Source: Eledone cirrhosa
Taxonomy: Eukaryota
Assembly: GCA_964016885.1 (NCBI GenBank)
Contig: OZ024745.1
Location: forward strand, 96,410,001 to 96,474,000
Reading direction: 5' to 3'
Length of the DNA: 64,000 bases
The position numbers and the translations under genes are program-made. This document shows, one piece after another, positions 1 through 16,798 of the stretch (position 1 is the first letter of the stretch; each line of letters starts with the position of its first letter). The notes under the pieces are model-generated. The model was not told the origin of the DNA and ran no database searches. It worked only from the letters and a program-made list of their open reading frames with translations.

Positions 1-1832
<1,832 letters not shown>

Positions 1833-2089
1833 TCGTATGTGTGTTTGTGCGTGTGTTGATGTGTTGATGCATATATCTTATTAGCATCTTTTGTACATTA
1901 AACATGATATTAACATTATTAAATATTGCCAATAAAATATTTAATTCAATAAATATTCTCAATAATCAAAAATTTATAAAAAAGTCCAGAAAAGAAAGTA
2001 AAAAGATTTTATCAGTAAAAAGATTAAATTTTTCTTCATCTCATAAGTTCACTATAGTATCTGTCCCGCGTTCACAATTTTCAAACGTT

Positions 2090-2610
2090 TCATATCATCA
2101 TCATCATCATCATCATCACCATCATCACCACCGCCACCGCCATAATAATCATCATCATCATCATCGTCATCATTGTCATCATCGTCATTATCAGCATCGT
2201 CGACGTCATCGCCATCATCATCATCATCGTCATCGTCATTATCATCATCATCGTCATCGTCATCATCGCCATCGTCATCATCGCCATCGTCATCATCATC
2301 ATCATCATCATCATCATCGTCATCGCCATCATCATCGTCATCGTCATCGCCATCATCGTCATCGTCATTATCATCATCATCGTCATCGTCATCATCGCCA
2401 TCGTCATCATCGCCATCGTCATCATCATCATCATCATCATCATCGTCATCGCCATCATCATCGTCATCGTCATCGCCATCATCGTCATCGTCATTATCAT
2501 CATCATCGCCATCATCATCGTCATCGTCATCGCCATCATCACCACCGCCACCGCCATCATCATCATCGTCATCATCATCGTCATCATCGCCATCGTCATC
2601 ATCGCCATCG

Positions 2611-2642
<32 letters not shown>

Positions 2643-2714
2643 GTCATCGCCATCATCATCGTCATCGTCATCGCCATCATCGTCATCGTCATTATCATCA
2701 TCATCATCGTCATC

Positions 2715-2765
<51 letters not shown>

Positions 2766-3025
2766 TGCAACATCATCGTCATCGCCATCGTCATCATCGT
2801 CACCATCATCATCATCATCATCATCATCATCGTCATTATCAGCATCGTCGTCGTCAACATCATCATCCTCATTATCATCATCATCGTCATCATTTGCAAC
2901 ATCATCATCATCACCATCATCATCAGCACCATCATCATCAGCACCATCATCATCATCACCACCATCATCATCATCATCATCATCACCCTCATCATCATCA
3001 CCACTATCACCATCATCATTATGAT
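2090..3025. repeat. Imperfect (CAT)n/(CGT)n/(CGC) trinucleotide array with higher-order reiteration
   Basis: About 930 bp of in-phase triplets; blocks such as catcgtcatcgtcattatcatcat recur; produces spurious poly-His/Ser/Met ORFs. Confidence 0.95.
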
Positions 3026-3098
3026 GAATGACATTTTTCTACAATTACTTTTCAAAATGTATTTGAAATTAAAATTAATATTATTATTACTATTATTA

Positions 3099-3283
3099 GG
3101 GCAGTGGATTGGCAGTATCGGTAGAGGGTCGGACGCCATGCTTTCTAGCATAGAGTTACGTCCCTTTACGGACTGAGTTCAAATCCCGTCGAGGTTAACT
3201 TTGTCTTACGGGGTCGATAAAATAAAGTACCAGTAATGTACTGGGGTAATTGCTGGCCTTGTGCCAAAAATAGAAACAATTAT
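3099..3283 (+). mobile_element. tRNA-derived SINE, main family of this window
   Basis: Box A-like TGGCAGTATCGGT, box B GAGTTCAAATCC, 3' end gccttgtgccaaaaatagaaacaatt; many near-identical copies in the window. Confidence 0.9.
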
Positions 3284-3306
3284 TGCCATTATCATCATCA
3301 TTATCA

Positions 3307-3370
<64 letters not shown>

Positions 3371-3563
3371 GGGCGGTGGATTGGCAGTATCGGTAGAGGG
3401 TCGGACGCCATGCTTTGACGCATAGAGTTACGTCCCTTTATGATCTAAGTTGAAATCCCGCCGAGGTTAACTTTGCCTTTCATCCTTACGGGGTCGATAA
3501 AGTAAAGTACCAGTATTATACTGAGTAATTTGCTGGCCTTGTGCCTAAAATAGAAACAATTAT
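3371..3563 (+). mobile_element. tRNA-derived SINE (main family) in an (ATT)n tract
   Basis: Full-length match to the family sequence, body gcctttcatccttacggggtcgataaa. Confidence 0.9.
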
Positions 3564-3899
3564 TATTATTATTATTTTTATTATTACCCGATGCAACATC
3601 AACAACAAAAACAACAACAACAAAAACAACAACAACAATACTAATGATACTACTATTACAAAATAATCTATAATGACTTTTCTACAAATTTATGACTCGT
3701 TTGATTAGGTTGATTCTTCAATTAATGTTAGGAAATATTTTTGATAATGTGAAGCAACGGGGGTTAGGAAAATAGCATCTAGGGGGAAATATTTCGTGTG
3801 TTTTGTTGTCATTTAATAACTTAAAACACGGGCGACAGGAATAGATTTTATGTAGTTTTTATATTTAGTTGGCAAAATATTTTCATCTAAATATAAATA

Positions 3900-4800
<901 letters not shown>

Positions 4801-4991
4801 TCAATATATTAGAGAGAAATACACATAAAGATATATGTTTAATCATAGGGGATCAAAAACCATTAATATCAGTTTTTAACTCCGTTTTTTAATTATATAT
4901 ATATATACTTACGGTAAATATTGATGCAATTCAATAAAAGAACTCTACGTACTTTATCCACATAGGAATGACGGAGTATATTTAGAATGAA

Positions 4992-5728
4992 GAAATGCGA
5001 AGTAGTTTCAGATATTAAAGTCCTTTATTGATAAGGCTGTAATACATATTTCAATAACTGTTTCTACTTTTGGCACAAGGCCATCAAATTACCAGTACAT
5101 TACTGGTACTTTATTTTATCGACCCCGTAAGGATGAAAGGCAAAGTTAACCTCGGCGGGATTTGAACTCAGACTGTAAAGGGAGGACGTAACTATGCTGG
5201 AAAGCATGGCGTAACTATGCTGGAAAGCATGGCGTCCGACTCATATACATATTTCAATAACTGTTTCTACTTTTGGCACAAGGCCATCAATACCCAGTAC
5301 ATTACTGGTACTTTATTTTATCGACCCCGTAAGGATGAAAGGCAAAGTTAACCTCGGCGGGATTTGAACTCAGACTGTAAAGGGAGGACGTAACTATGCT
5401 GGAAAGCATGGCGTAACTATGCTGGAAAGCATGGCGTCCGACTCATATACATATTTCAATAACGACAGTGGCTACGCGATTCCGCCTAAGCAGTCCCATG
5501 ATTTCATCAAACAGCATCAAACATAATAAGGTTCCGTTCTCGAGACAATCCAAATGAAATCCAAATTTGAATTGCCTCGAGAACGTAACCTTATTATTTA
5601 AGAAGCTGTTTGATGAGATCATGGCACTGCTTAGGCGGAATGACATGGCCACTCGGTAATCGTCATTGAAATATGTATCACAGCCTTACAATAAAGGACT
5701 TGAATATCTGAAACTACTTCGCATTTTC
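4992..5728. mobile_element. Foldback/MITE-like palindromic element interrupted by a SINE dimer
   Basis: 4993-5058 is the imperfect reverse complement of 5662-5727; 5469-5652 is itself an imperfect palindrome. Confidence 0.75.
5059..5444 (-). mobile_element. Tandem pair of 5'-truncated SINEs (main family)
   Basis: Two ~185-bp copies, each with an internal duplication of gtaactatgctggaaagcatggc; atacatatttcaataac occurs at 5042, 5245 and 5447. Confidence 0.9.
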
Positions 5729-5741
5729 TTATCCCCCCCCC

Positions 5742-5785
<44 letters not shown>

Positions 5786-5886
5786 TAGTATATGTTGGTT
5801 GTATACCAACACCTCAATATGCAGGTTGAAGCACTCGACGAAGTGCGCAGGTTGGTTTGGTTACTCCGGAGTAATATATATGTATG

Positions 5887-5980
<94 letters not shown>

Positions 5981-6073
5981 TAGATATATATTTACTTACA
6001 CAAACACATACACACACACACGGTTATCTCAATACTGTATATACAGACATAACTTAATCATATACTTCGGCTG

Positions 6074-6213
<140 letters not shown>

Positions 6214-6248
6214 TATATATACATGCATATATACATGCATACACACAT

Positions 6249-6947
6249 GAGTATGGCCATTGCACGATATACCATTATTAATAATTATTAATTAATAGCA
6301 GTATCGGTAGAGGGTCGGACGCCATGCTTTCCAGCATAGTTACGTCCCTTTATGATCTGAGTTCAAATCCCGCCGAGGTTGACTTTGCCTTTCATCCTTA
6401 CGGGGTCGATAAAAAATAAAGTACCAGTAATGTACTGGGTAATTTGCTGGCCTTGTGCCTAAAGTAGAAACAATTAATTAATTCTATCGTGCAATGCCTG
6501 TGCGTGAAGATATTTTTAAAGTGAGGAAAGACTGTGCACTGAGCCAATCCCACTCCCTGAGCGACAGTAGCTATAAACCGAAAAGAAGAAAAGATCAACA
6601 TCATCGGTAACTACTGAGCCGCAGGTTTTATATCGGAGTTATCCCAGTTTCCTGAGTTGCCTTCTCCTAGAAGAATGCCCTGACAAAGGTTAGGAGTCCT
6701 TCACTCCCAGTGGTTTAACCGCGCGGCACATGTGTATATATACATATTTACACACCTTTGGATGGCCGTTGACTCTTATGAGTTCTTTCGCCCTTTGACA
6801 GGTTTTGTTTTTTGTCCTGCAGGGTGTCCAAAATCACCCTCCTCACCAATTAAACTTGGTGGGGTTGCCGGTTTAGTCGCCAACGACTCGACCATGCGAA
6901 AGGTTGTACTGGGTTACATATTACCAGTAGCACTCAAGAGTGACCCG
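6249..6947 (-). mobile_element. Non-autonomous bipartite RTE-derived element, with a SINE nested at 6298-6476
   Basis: Reverse complement of 31282-31817; ends in the same atcgtgcaatggccatactc tail as the RTE LINE at 31081. Confidence 0.7.
6298..6476 (+). mobile_element. tRNA-derived SINE (main family), 5'-trimmed, nested
   Basis: Family match; flanked by aattaat-rich sequence. Confidence 0.9.
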
Positions 6948-7450
6948 ACATATATACATGCATACATACATATATACATACATACACATGGTGTGTGTGG
7001 AGTAAAATCGCCATTGAAAGCTCACGAACGATTTTTCTTTTGATAGGGGTGAGTATTATGTGCCCTACAGAGCATATAGTATTAATTTATCTGGTAGCCA
7101 CAACTTAACAGAAACCTGATATTTTGGGTGAACGTAGCCTGAAGAAATTCGTCTCTTAGTACTTGTATAGTGGGTTGAGTTTAGTCTTAATTTAATTTCT
7201 AGGTAATAGTCGTAACTGTACTGTGTATGGTGTGGTTTTGGCTAGTTTAGGTGTTGTTAATTATATATATTTATATGTACAATAATTATATATATTTTAT
7301 CACAGCTCTGATACAGTAGGTATTAAGATTCCATTTGAAAGTTTTCTGTTACGAATGAATTTTTCCTTTGGGGTTTAAATTTTAGTTTTATTAAACTGGG
7401 TAATTGTAGTGTATTTTGGTTTCTATTTATCTGTTGTGTAGGGGTATGTA

Positions 7451-7650
7451 AGGCGTATGGCTGAGTGGTTAGAGAATTGGTTTCGTAATCGTGAGGTTGT
7501 GAGTTCGATTCCTCGACCGCGCAATGCGTTATGTCATTCAGCAAGACACTTTATTTCACGTTGCTATTTCTACATGGAGTTGCGACCAATTGATAGTATT
7601 AGCAATTGGCAAGACCAACGGAAACATTGTTTCCTCGGTCCGATTTGACG
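7451..7650 (+). mobile_element. Older tRNA-derived CORE-like SINE
   Basis: TGGCTGAGTGGT box A, GAGTTCGATTCC box B, then tgtcattcagcaagacacttt resembling the CORE domain. Confidence 0.6.
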
Positions 7651-7783
7651 AAAGTCGATCGATTGTCGATATATATATATAATTTATATAATTATATATA
7701 ATATATCTATATATATATATATAATTTTTATAAATATATATATCACACATATACATATACACATATATATATACATACATACT

Positions 7784-7822
<39 letters not shown>

Positions 7823-8099
7823 GGTTATACACGAGTGCATTAAGGTTTTCCAGGACACAGTGTTATGTACCGTGTAGGGGAAGGTCAGCTTACAACAGAG
7901 TGGTGCTCAACGAAATGCAGAAAATTGGTGTATATTCCAGTTTAGCTATACTCCGGGGCGTGTATAAAGAATCAAAAAGAACAGAAAGATGCAGTAAAAG
8001 AGATTTATTCGGTTCTAACGTACGTTTCAACGTACAACACAAACAATTATATAAATATATATATATATGTTAGTATGTATGTATATATATGACCATATA

Positions 8100-8142
<43 letters not shown>

Positions 8143-8430
8143 ATGTGTGTGTGTGTAACATATATATATATATATATAAATATGGGTGTATGTATGATAG
8201 AATGTACGTGTGTACCTGCACTTCAAGTGTTATAGTTCGCACTCACTCAGTATCAATATTTGGAATATATGAAACATCGTAATGTAGGTTATTTTTCGTT
8301 AGAACACTTTAATGATTTAATTTAAATTAAAATCATATATATTTATACTTTATATATAAATATATTAATGCATATTCCAATAAAACGGCAAGCCCATATA
8401 CGTGTAAAGAAAGACGTAGATGTATACTTT

Positions 8431-8461
<31 letters not shown>

Positions 8462-9269
8462 ACACATACATACACACATACCAAACTATACATACTGATA
8501 GTCATTTACTTTTGGATTGCAGTATTTATGAGCTTATTTCTATTAATATTTATTATGCAGGTATGTGTATATGTATATGCTGATTTATATGTATGTTTAT
8601 ATGTATGTATATGTATATGTGTATGTATATACATATGTGTGAATGTGTATATATATATATACATATATACATACATATATATGTGTGTAAATAAAGATGT
8701 ATGTATGAATATATATGTAATATATGTATTCATGTTTATATGTATGTATGCGTGTGTAGATGTATGTATGTATGTAGGTAGGTAGGTATATATTGAAGCA
8801 CCAGAATGTGACAGAACTTATTAAACGTAGTACTCAATACGGCTGATATTAGAGTATAAACAATTATATATTATTGGTAGTTAAAACAAAAACACTATAC
8901 TCAGAGTTTATTGTCTCCGATCTTCGATACGTGGTTCGAAGATTGTGTGTGTGTGTGTGTGTGTCTATGTGTGGGTGTGTGTGTGCATGTGTATAGTTGT
9001 ATGCGTGTGTGTGTAGGTGTGTATGTGTGTGTGTATGTATATGTGTATGCGTGTGTCCATGTGTGTGTGTATGTGTGTATTTGTATGCGTGGGCGTATAT
9101 GTGTATATGTGAGTGTGCATACGTGTGCGTGCGTGTGTGTGCGTGAGTCTGTGTGTATGTGTGTGTGTGTGTGTGTGTGGGTGTATGTGAGAAGTATTTA
9201 TTTGCGTGTTTCGTGCGTAGACATCCATGTGAAAACATCCGACTGCATATCATCTTCCAACTGTTCATG

Positions 9270-9368
<99 letters not shown>

Positions 9369-9459
9369 ACACACACACATACATACACCCAAACAAACCC
9401 ACATACGTACAACACAAACACCTATACACATCCATATATATATTTATTAATTATATATC

Positions 9460-9522
<63 letters not shown>

Positions 9523-10149
9523 TTACGTTTCTGTATGTGTTGTTCGTCAGTATATTTGTATTTGTATTTGTATTTGTATCTGTATTTTTATGTGTATATA
9601 TATATATTCAATAATATATTAGGCATCGATGCGACATTTCTATATCTAGAAATATGATTAGATTTGCTTTAAAAGGAAATTAAAAACCTCCAAATTGTTT
9701 CTATCTAATAATAATAACAACAAACCAGCCAACAATAAAAAAATAAAGATCTGAAATAAATATTAATAAAATGTAATAAGTATAAAGTCATGCTGATATC
9801 TTAATGGCAAATATAAAACATTGACTTCATTTTCTATGTTTGGTACAAATCTAGTTGATCGCGTTTCAGATCACTAGTAAACAAAACAGATTTGATATAT
9901 AATTAAGGATTCTTAGATGTAAGGTCATAGATTTGTAGGTTAAGAAAAAATAAGATTCCGTGATGTTCATTTCGTTCATGTCGGTATTTACGTTATATGT
10001 GTCAACCAAAGCTTTTTTTTTTTCTAAAGCCAAGGTATTGAACCATACTCTGGTGTGATTGTTGAAAGGTTAAGGAGTTCGTTTTATACGTGTGTTATAC
10101 CTCGCAAGTGAAACTAGGTAGCTGGAGACTGTTTGGAAGCTCGTCGCAT

Positions 10150-10180
10150 GGACTGTACCTCTAATTAAAGAGAGCCAGCC

Positions 10181-10271
<91 letters not shown>

Positions 10272-10410
10272 TTTCATGCTGAATCTCCCCGAGAATTCCT
10301 CAAGAGTACACACACATGTCTGTGGAATACTCAGCCACTTATATGTTAATTTCACAAGCAGGCTGTTCCATTGATTAAGTAACTGAAACACAAGTTGTCA
10401 AAACCGATTC
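10150..10410 (-). repeat. Old dispersed repeat, related to 48840-49010
   Basis: Shared blocks aaattaacatataagtg.ctgag.at.ccacagaca and ggagattcagc.tga. Confidence 0.55.
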
Positions 10411-11706
10411 CACTACAACAGGGTGGCCACTGAAAAACTTGTTCGTTTTCTTTTTTTTCTTCTGGTTATAGAGCATCCTTTATTGTTTTACACACATAAT
10501 ACTGAAAAAAATCCATTACTTATATTTCCAAATAAAATAATAAAGAAATAAAAAAACGTGTTTGTAAAAGTTATTTTTTGTTTTATATCATTCAGTTTTT
10601 CAATGTCCACCCTATAGATACACTATTTCTTTACTGATAATGTTTTCTTAATAAAGGCCCAAAGTCCATCTCCTATCCTAGGTTGGAGAATGAGATTTCA
10701 AACAGAGTATTTAATATTTTCTTCAAGAACTTTATTGACTTTCCTTTGTATCATTGAAATTATTGTTGTTTCGCCAGCGGAACTCACCGTGCACAAGAAA
10801 ACAAACGGGTCACTATGTGCTCGCTTCATCTACTAATAACAGGTGGATTTCAGGATATTTGACTGTTATTTAAATCTTTCTTCTATTTCGATCCGTTTGA
10901 TGCATATATGTCTGCTAATTCGCTCTAGCTGTTAGTAATAAGTGGAATCGGTGGATATATCCCTGCTAATTCTATCGATTTTCTAATAGCAATATTTAAA
11001 GGACATTGCCCTTTTAACAACAACAACAATAGTAATAAAATTAACGACAACAACGAAAACAACACCCACGAAAACCACCACCACAACAACAACAACAACA
11101 ACAACCAGTGTCCCCCGTTGCGCAACACTTATTACATTTTCTATTGCACACAGTTTAACAGGATTTCAGAATTTCATTTTTTTCAAAATATTTATCCACT
11201 GAAATAGGTGCATTAAATTTACTGGATATATCACATATTCTCTGTACTAAAATAGGAAGCAAATATCAAAAGAAAATCATTTGCTGAAATATATCAAATT
11301 ATAAACTTGCAAGTATAGATTTAAATCCTAAACATTTAAAAATTATCTTTACAATAATGTGAAAAAATCCCCTTAAGTTCGCATTTCTACTTCTTTTCAA
11401 TTGGCTTTAAAACGTTTTTCTGTTTATAATTTTCAACATGAAGGTGAAGCTATGACAAATGATAAAACAAATGTATATCGAATTATTTTTGAGTTTATCA
11501 TTCCATTTTTAAATTTTGGTTTGTTTTGGAGAGAGAGAGGATGCGTCAATGGCTTTCACTGATTTCCGAGATATGTAAGGTTGACGTAGGCTCTCCAAGA
11601 CCTGTGAAGTTGAGCTTGTATAGTTGCAAGTTGACTGTACTGGGGATGAATTCCATGAACCACTGTTCTGGAAAGGAAAACTAGACATATGGGTTATTCA
11701 ACGGAT

Positions 11707-11837
<131 letters not shown>

Positions 11838-14800
11838 ACGTAGGTAAGCCATTACTATTTTCACTATATTTTTCGAGGACAAAATCGCACTGATAAGTGA
11901 CATAAGAAAGTAGGTTTCCCCTAGATCTGCATTTACGAAAGTGGTACTAGATTTTAACAGAGGAGTAATTATTCAATATGATTGACAGGGTTATTGGTAG
12001 CAATAGATTTTGTGAGTGCAACAGGATAGTAGAAAATTACAAAAGGAATTAACTTACATGGGAATAGGAAGCAACATAGTAAGATTCCAAAGGCCGGGAT
12101 ATATGTCCCTGGAAAGAGAGAGACCGAAGAGTTTAGTGACGATAAGTGCTGAGAGTTTAAAGGTAGAGGCAAGGATATTGTTGGTGCCACTGCTTTAGTT
12201 TGAAGCGATTAAAGGCACTTTTATGTTTGTCTGAATAGTGGTAAGCCTCGTAGAGTGGAATGGAATTGTTGTGGGGGTGATTTACAGAATGCTGCAATGT
12301 GGAGTTAAATACAATGGGGGCAGGAAAACTAGGATTTTTTGCAGGGGTACATTGTACAGAATCGTGTATGAAAATTAAAAAAAAGAAGAATCAACGAAGA
12401 AAATAGGGATCCATTTGGCAAAGGAGAAACATAATTCGCTGCAGTTTGTATGGAGTATGGGTATGGGTTGAGTCCTAGTGAAGAACAGGACGCGTGGCTT
12501 GAATATTAGTAAACGGTGGAGTATAAAGTCTAGGCTGGATCGAATGTGCTAGAGAAAAGAAGGGAGAAATCCAGTTGAATTAGGTTTAGGTTTATTTGTG
12601 TCTAGGGACTGTTGATTCGACACGAGGCGCTGGTTCAAATGTCTGCCACAAAGCGAACTCCGCTAAAAGCAACCATGGCCCATGCTGCTGTTTTAAGTCG
12701 AGCAAAAAAAGGGGCATTTATGTCAAATACAATAGAAGTAAATAAAAAAAATGATTTCATAAACAACAGTCTAAAAGTAAAAAAAATTATAAAAACAAAC
12801 AACTCACCAAGACTATAACTGTTAGCACCGATTGCAAGAAATATTTATCTGGGACATTAAACGAAGAAGTAAATGTGAGAGGAGATTGTTTCTCTGGTTA
12901 ATGGGGTCAATAGAAGTCTATTGAAGTTATGCACTTTTGCGGTTGTCTTGAGTGGGTATTCGCTGGAGCTTACATTCATATGTTTATAACTTTCAAAATT
13001 TATAATATGAAATACATGAGTAATTTGAATTTAAAGGCCAGTTATATTCGAATACAATATTATGTTGTTTGTCAATATTCCTTTGATGATTTAATTTCTT
13101 ATTATCTCCCCTGATATTGTCTTTAAAACACAATCCAATATTAATTTCGATTTGTCTAATTATTATCGAGCACATCTCAAATATTTATAGATGAACAGAT
13201 TTCCTTCAATTTTATACTCTGTATTGCTATTCACGTAACACTTATTACTTTTCGTGATTTTATTTTATATAAGACTTTCTTGTTCTGATATCTAGCTGGT
13301 CAGATGTTCTTATGGTTGCTAGACCCCATGGCCAATATGAGTGATAATGTCCAATTACATACATTGGAATATTAAAAATCTGCTGCAATGTTAAATGTCA
13401 AACCAAACAAAATTTCTAAAACAAATCTAAACGTTTAGAAAACACCCTCAGAATTTTGAACAACGCGTTAAAATTCATGTAGTGATTGTATAAATAAATT
13501 AAAAATAGATTTTACTGTCAATTTCATTCAAACTTGATCCACTCAAATTTGTTCAAGGTTACTGGGGTCGCTATTTTAGATTGTAAAAGAGAATGTGTAT
13601 ATTTCTCGTATAATTTATGAATCAATAAATTAATGTTGTTTTGCTCCAGGCCGATAATTCATCAATTCCATGATCAAAAGTATTCTAGTCGGGATTATCC
13701 TAGTCTTCTTAGTACCATCCAAAAATATATCTAACATGCCATTCCTCTCTTTTTATTGTAGGGTGTGAGTAGAGGTAGATTTAGCTGCTATTTCTTGTAG
13801 GCCAAGTGACTACATAGATGTTTCCGTGTTGGCTCCAATGTTCTTTTGTTATTTTCTAATGTAAATAAAAACACTAGATGCATATTCACATGACTGATTT
13901 ACAAATTCCATTTAAGAATAAGCAATGATTTATGAGAATGGTCGTTTAAACTTCAACTGGGAATACTCAACAGAAACCACTAATTTAATTAAGTAGATCT
14001 AGCACATATTCTGATGGAGATTTTATATCTAATTTTAAAACTGTACTTGGTAAACCACAACGGAATCCTCAAGTAATTAGAGTTTTTATCTGTTACTTAA
14101 AGTGAAACAGTATAAATCAGTGTAACCACATTTTTCATTTTAATAGAAAGACGGTTCTAGAGGAAAAGTTAAGCAGTTGAGATAGATAATAGACCTCATT
14201 ATCTTACTGGCATCATTAATTACGAAACAATGAAAGGCAAAGCTGAAAATTGAAGTAACTTAACTAGATACGATAAAACATCTCTTCCGGTATCCAACTT
14301 CCTTATCATAAAAAAAATACGCAACAATATATCCGGGAATTACTATCTTCATGTCATTCTAGCTAAAACACCCATTTTATATGCACTGTATACTACAAAT
14401 ACGTATCTGTACAGAAACAGCTGCGTAAATGTATAAATAAATACACTTGACATGTAAACGTTTTTTTTTTAAAATGTATTTCAGATTGAAAACGAGTGAA
14501 TGACTGTAAATGAAGTCATTGACAGAGGCCGTGCACAGTTCTATCAACCCAGAGAGAATTTCCAATTTACTTATAATCGTATACTTGGTAGGCTTATAAA
14601 GCCATTTGTTGTGTATTTCTCTATGGACTGATAGAGCTGTACATAACCTTCGTCAATGACGCCAAACTAGAGTAGGAACTAATTTTAGATCGTTCAACTC
14701 TTTGTCGCCTTGTGGAGAATTACGTTAAAACAATGACATACGCTTCATATGACATGTTCTTACATACACATTTAGGCAACTTCGGATAAATATTACATTT

Positions 14801-14879
14801 GTTTCTGTACTGATATTCACCGTATATCTCAGAGGCTTAATACACAATTTAATATCTAAACAAAGTACACTATATATAA

Positions 14880-15068
14880 GGGCAGCGGATTGGCAGTAGC
14901 GGTAGAGTGTCGGACGCCAAGCTTTGCAGCATAGAGTTATGGCCTTTACGATCTGAGTTCAAATCCCACCGAGATTAACTTTTCCTTTCATCCTTACAGG
15001 GTCGATAAAATAAAGCACCAGTAATGCACTGGGGGTAATTGCTGGCCTTGTGCCAAAAGTAGAAACAA
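14880..15068 (+). mobile_element. tRNA-derived SINE (main family)
   Basis: Family match; acactatatataag duplicated on both sides (TSD). Confidence 0.9.
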
Positions 15069-16465
15069 CACTATATATAAGAAATTATAAAGGTTCTTAT
15101 TCATAAAAGTAGCGACTGTGAAGACTCCATGGTACAATGAACTGTTCCAAATACTTAAACTACACTGACGAATACTGACGAAAATAATGTGCAAAGAAAC
15201 GTGCAGAAAACTGGATATTTGCCAAAATTTAGCATAAGCAAAATGAGGCTTCGGTTTGGAAATAATTGTAAATTTTCCAAGATTGTATTATTCTAATCAC
15301 TTGAAGGATCATTCATCCAAAGTAGTTTGGCTTTAAAACACGCCATAATTATTTCAGTGTTCACTAAATTTGAAATATGGCAGCGAATTGGCAGACAATT
15401 GAGCTTCAGATAAAATGCCTTGCGGTATTTGTTTTAACTCTTTGTGTTATGTGGTCTAATTCCGGTGAGGCTAACTTTGCCTTCCCGGATCAATAAATAT
15501 AGTACTGAGGGCGATTCTTCTCTTCTTTTCTGTTTCTTTCTTTCTTGCTTGCTTTTCTCCCAGAATCGACGGCGTTCCGCCATGAAACGAACCACGAAAA
15601 ACCACTCACAGCGTCTCTTCCTATAGAAATGGACAAGAGTTGGGTATGGGGCTTTCTACATTCTCTAATGGAAACACTACATTACTGGACCTTATAAGGA
15701 GGACACAATATACAGCACATCATGAAATGGAAATGAAAAGGAAAGAAAAAGAAGAAAAAAAACTACGTGTGTTTCTGCATGTAATTGAAAGAGAAAAAGA
15801 TTTAGATTACATCATAAATTTTAAGATCAGTCGCACGTTTAGTTATTACAGCTGACAATTGAATAGGAAAAAAACCGGAAACTGATTTTAAGCTTTCGAA
15901 ACCTAATTTCTGTTATGAAAAGGAAAAAAAATGTTGATTCTAAGAAAGCAGCACTGAAGAATTGGAACACCCAATCTTTATATATTTATTTATTTAATTA
16001 TTTATTGATTTATTTTATCAATTTAAACGTTCATGTAGAGCTGGTAAGCCAAGACCGACTGGAAATTAGACAAACACTTGTTATTAAACAACAACAAAAA
16101 CTAAAAAAAAAGCAAAAAAAAAACAAGAGAGGGGGAGATGGGGAGAAAGAGAAATAGGAAGAGAGAGATAAAAAGCAAAAGATGTAAAAATAAGAAAAAG
16201 GTGAAGAACAAAGACAGTTATAAAGCAGTTAAATGTTTATATTGTTGAATCTTGTAGTCTCCATATATTGGATTATCTTATTTATGGTTGGTAGATCCTT
16301 GATAATATATTGCACTTCCACTTTTGGTAGTTTCTAAAGACTAGCTTCAAAATGTCCTCTTTCTCAGACTGGTTATATTGCTTTGTCAATAATGGTTTCT
16401 GATTTAGGCACAAGGCTAAACATTTTTGGGGAGGGAAAAGTCTATAAATTGTCTCCAGTGCTGTA

Positions 16466-16775
16466 CTTCTTGTCGTGCCGAAAGCTTGGCTAGATGTGGT
16501 TCCGCCACAGCTGAACACATTGCTGTCCTTTCTCATTAAACTCTGCCAAGTCCAATACTGTTCAGGGTTGTTCCAGCAGGGGGAATATCAGGAGGTGCTG
16601 CGTAGTCTGTGGTTCGATGCCGCAACGTCCCCTTCCTTTAAATACCCCCATTTTGCAAGAGTGACTTTTGCACGTCCAACACCAGACCTTAGTCTATTTA
16701 GGTATTTCCACACTGCATAGTTTGTGTCAGCTCCAGGGGGCAGTGCCCCGTTCGCCTTTAACTCCATTGTTGTTA
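16466..16775 (-). mobile_element. Ingi/Vingi-like LINE 3' fragment
   Basis: Minus-strand translation PPGADTNYAVWKYLNRLRSGVGRAKVTLAKWGY, then frameshifted CGIEPQTTQHLL (decayed CCHC), typical of Ingi/Vingi C-termini. Confidence 0.55.
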
Positions 16776-16798
16776 CTAATGGGAGATTATTAAGTTAC

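Noticed and set aside
1904-3151. Long poly-His, poly-Ser and poly-Met ORFs
   Set aside because: These are reading frames of a CAT-type triplet array with no unique domain or gene structure
3099-3200. tRNA genes at SINE heads
   Set aside because: Box A and box B are present, but there is no cloverleaf and each continues into a SINE body
11900-12800. Possible old LINE remnant
   Set aside because: Composition is suggestive, but no diagnostic motif could be read
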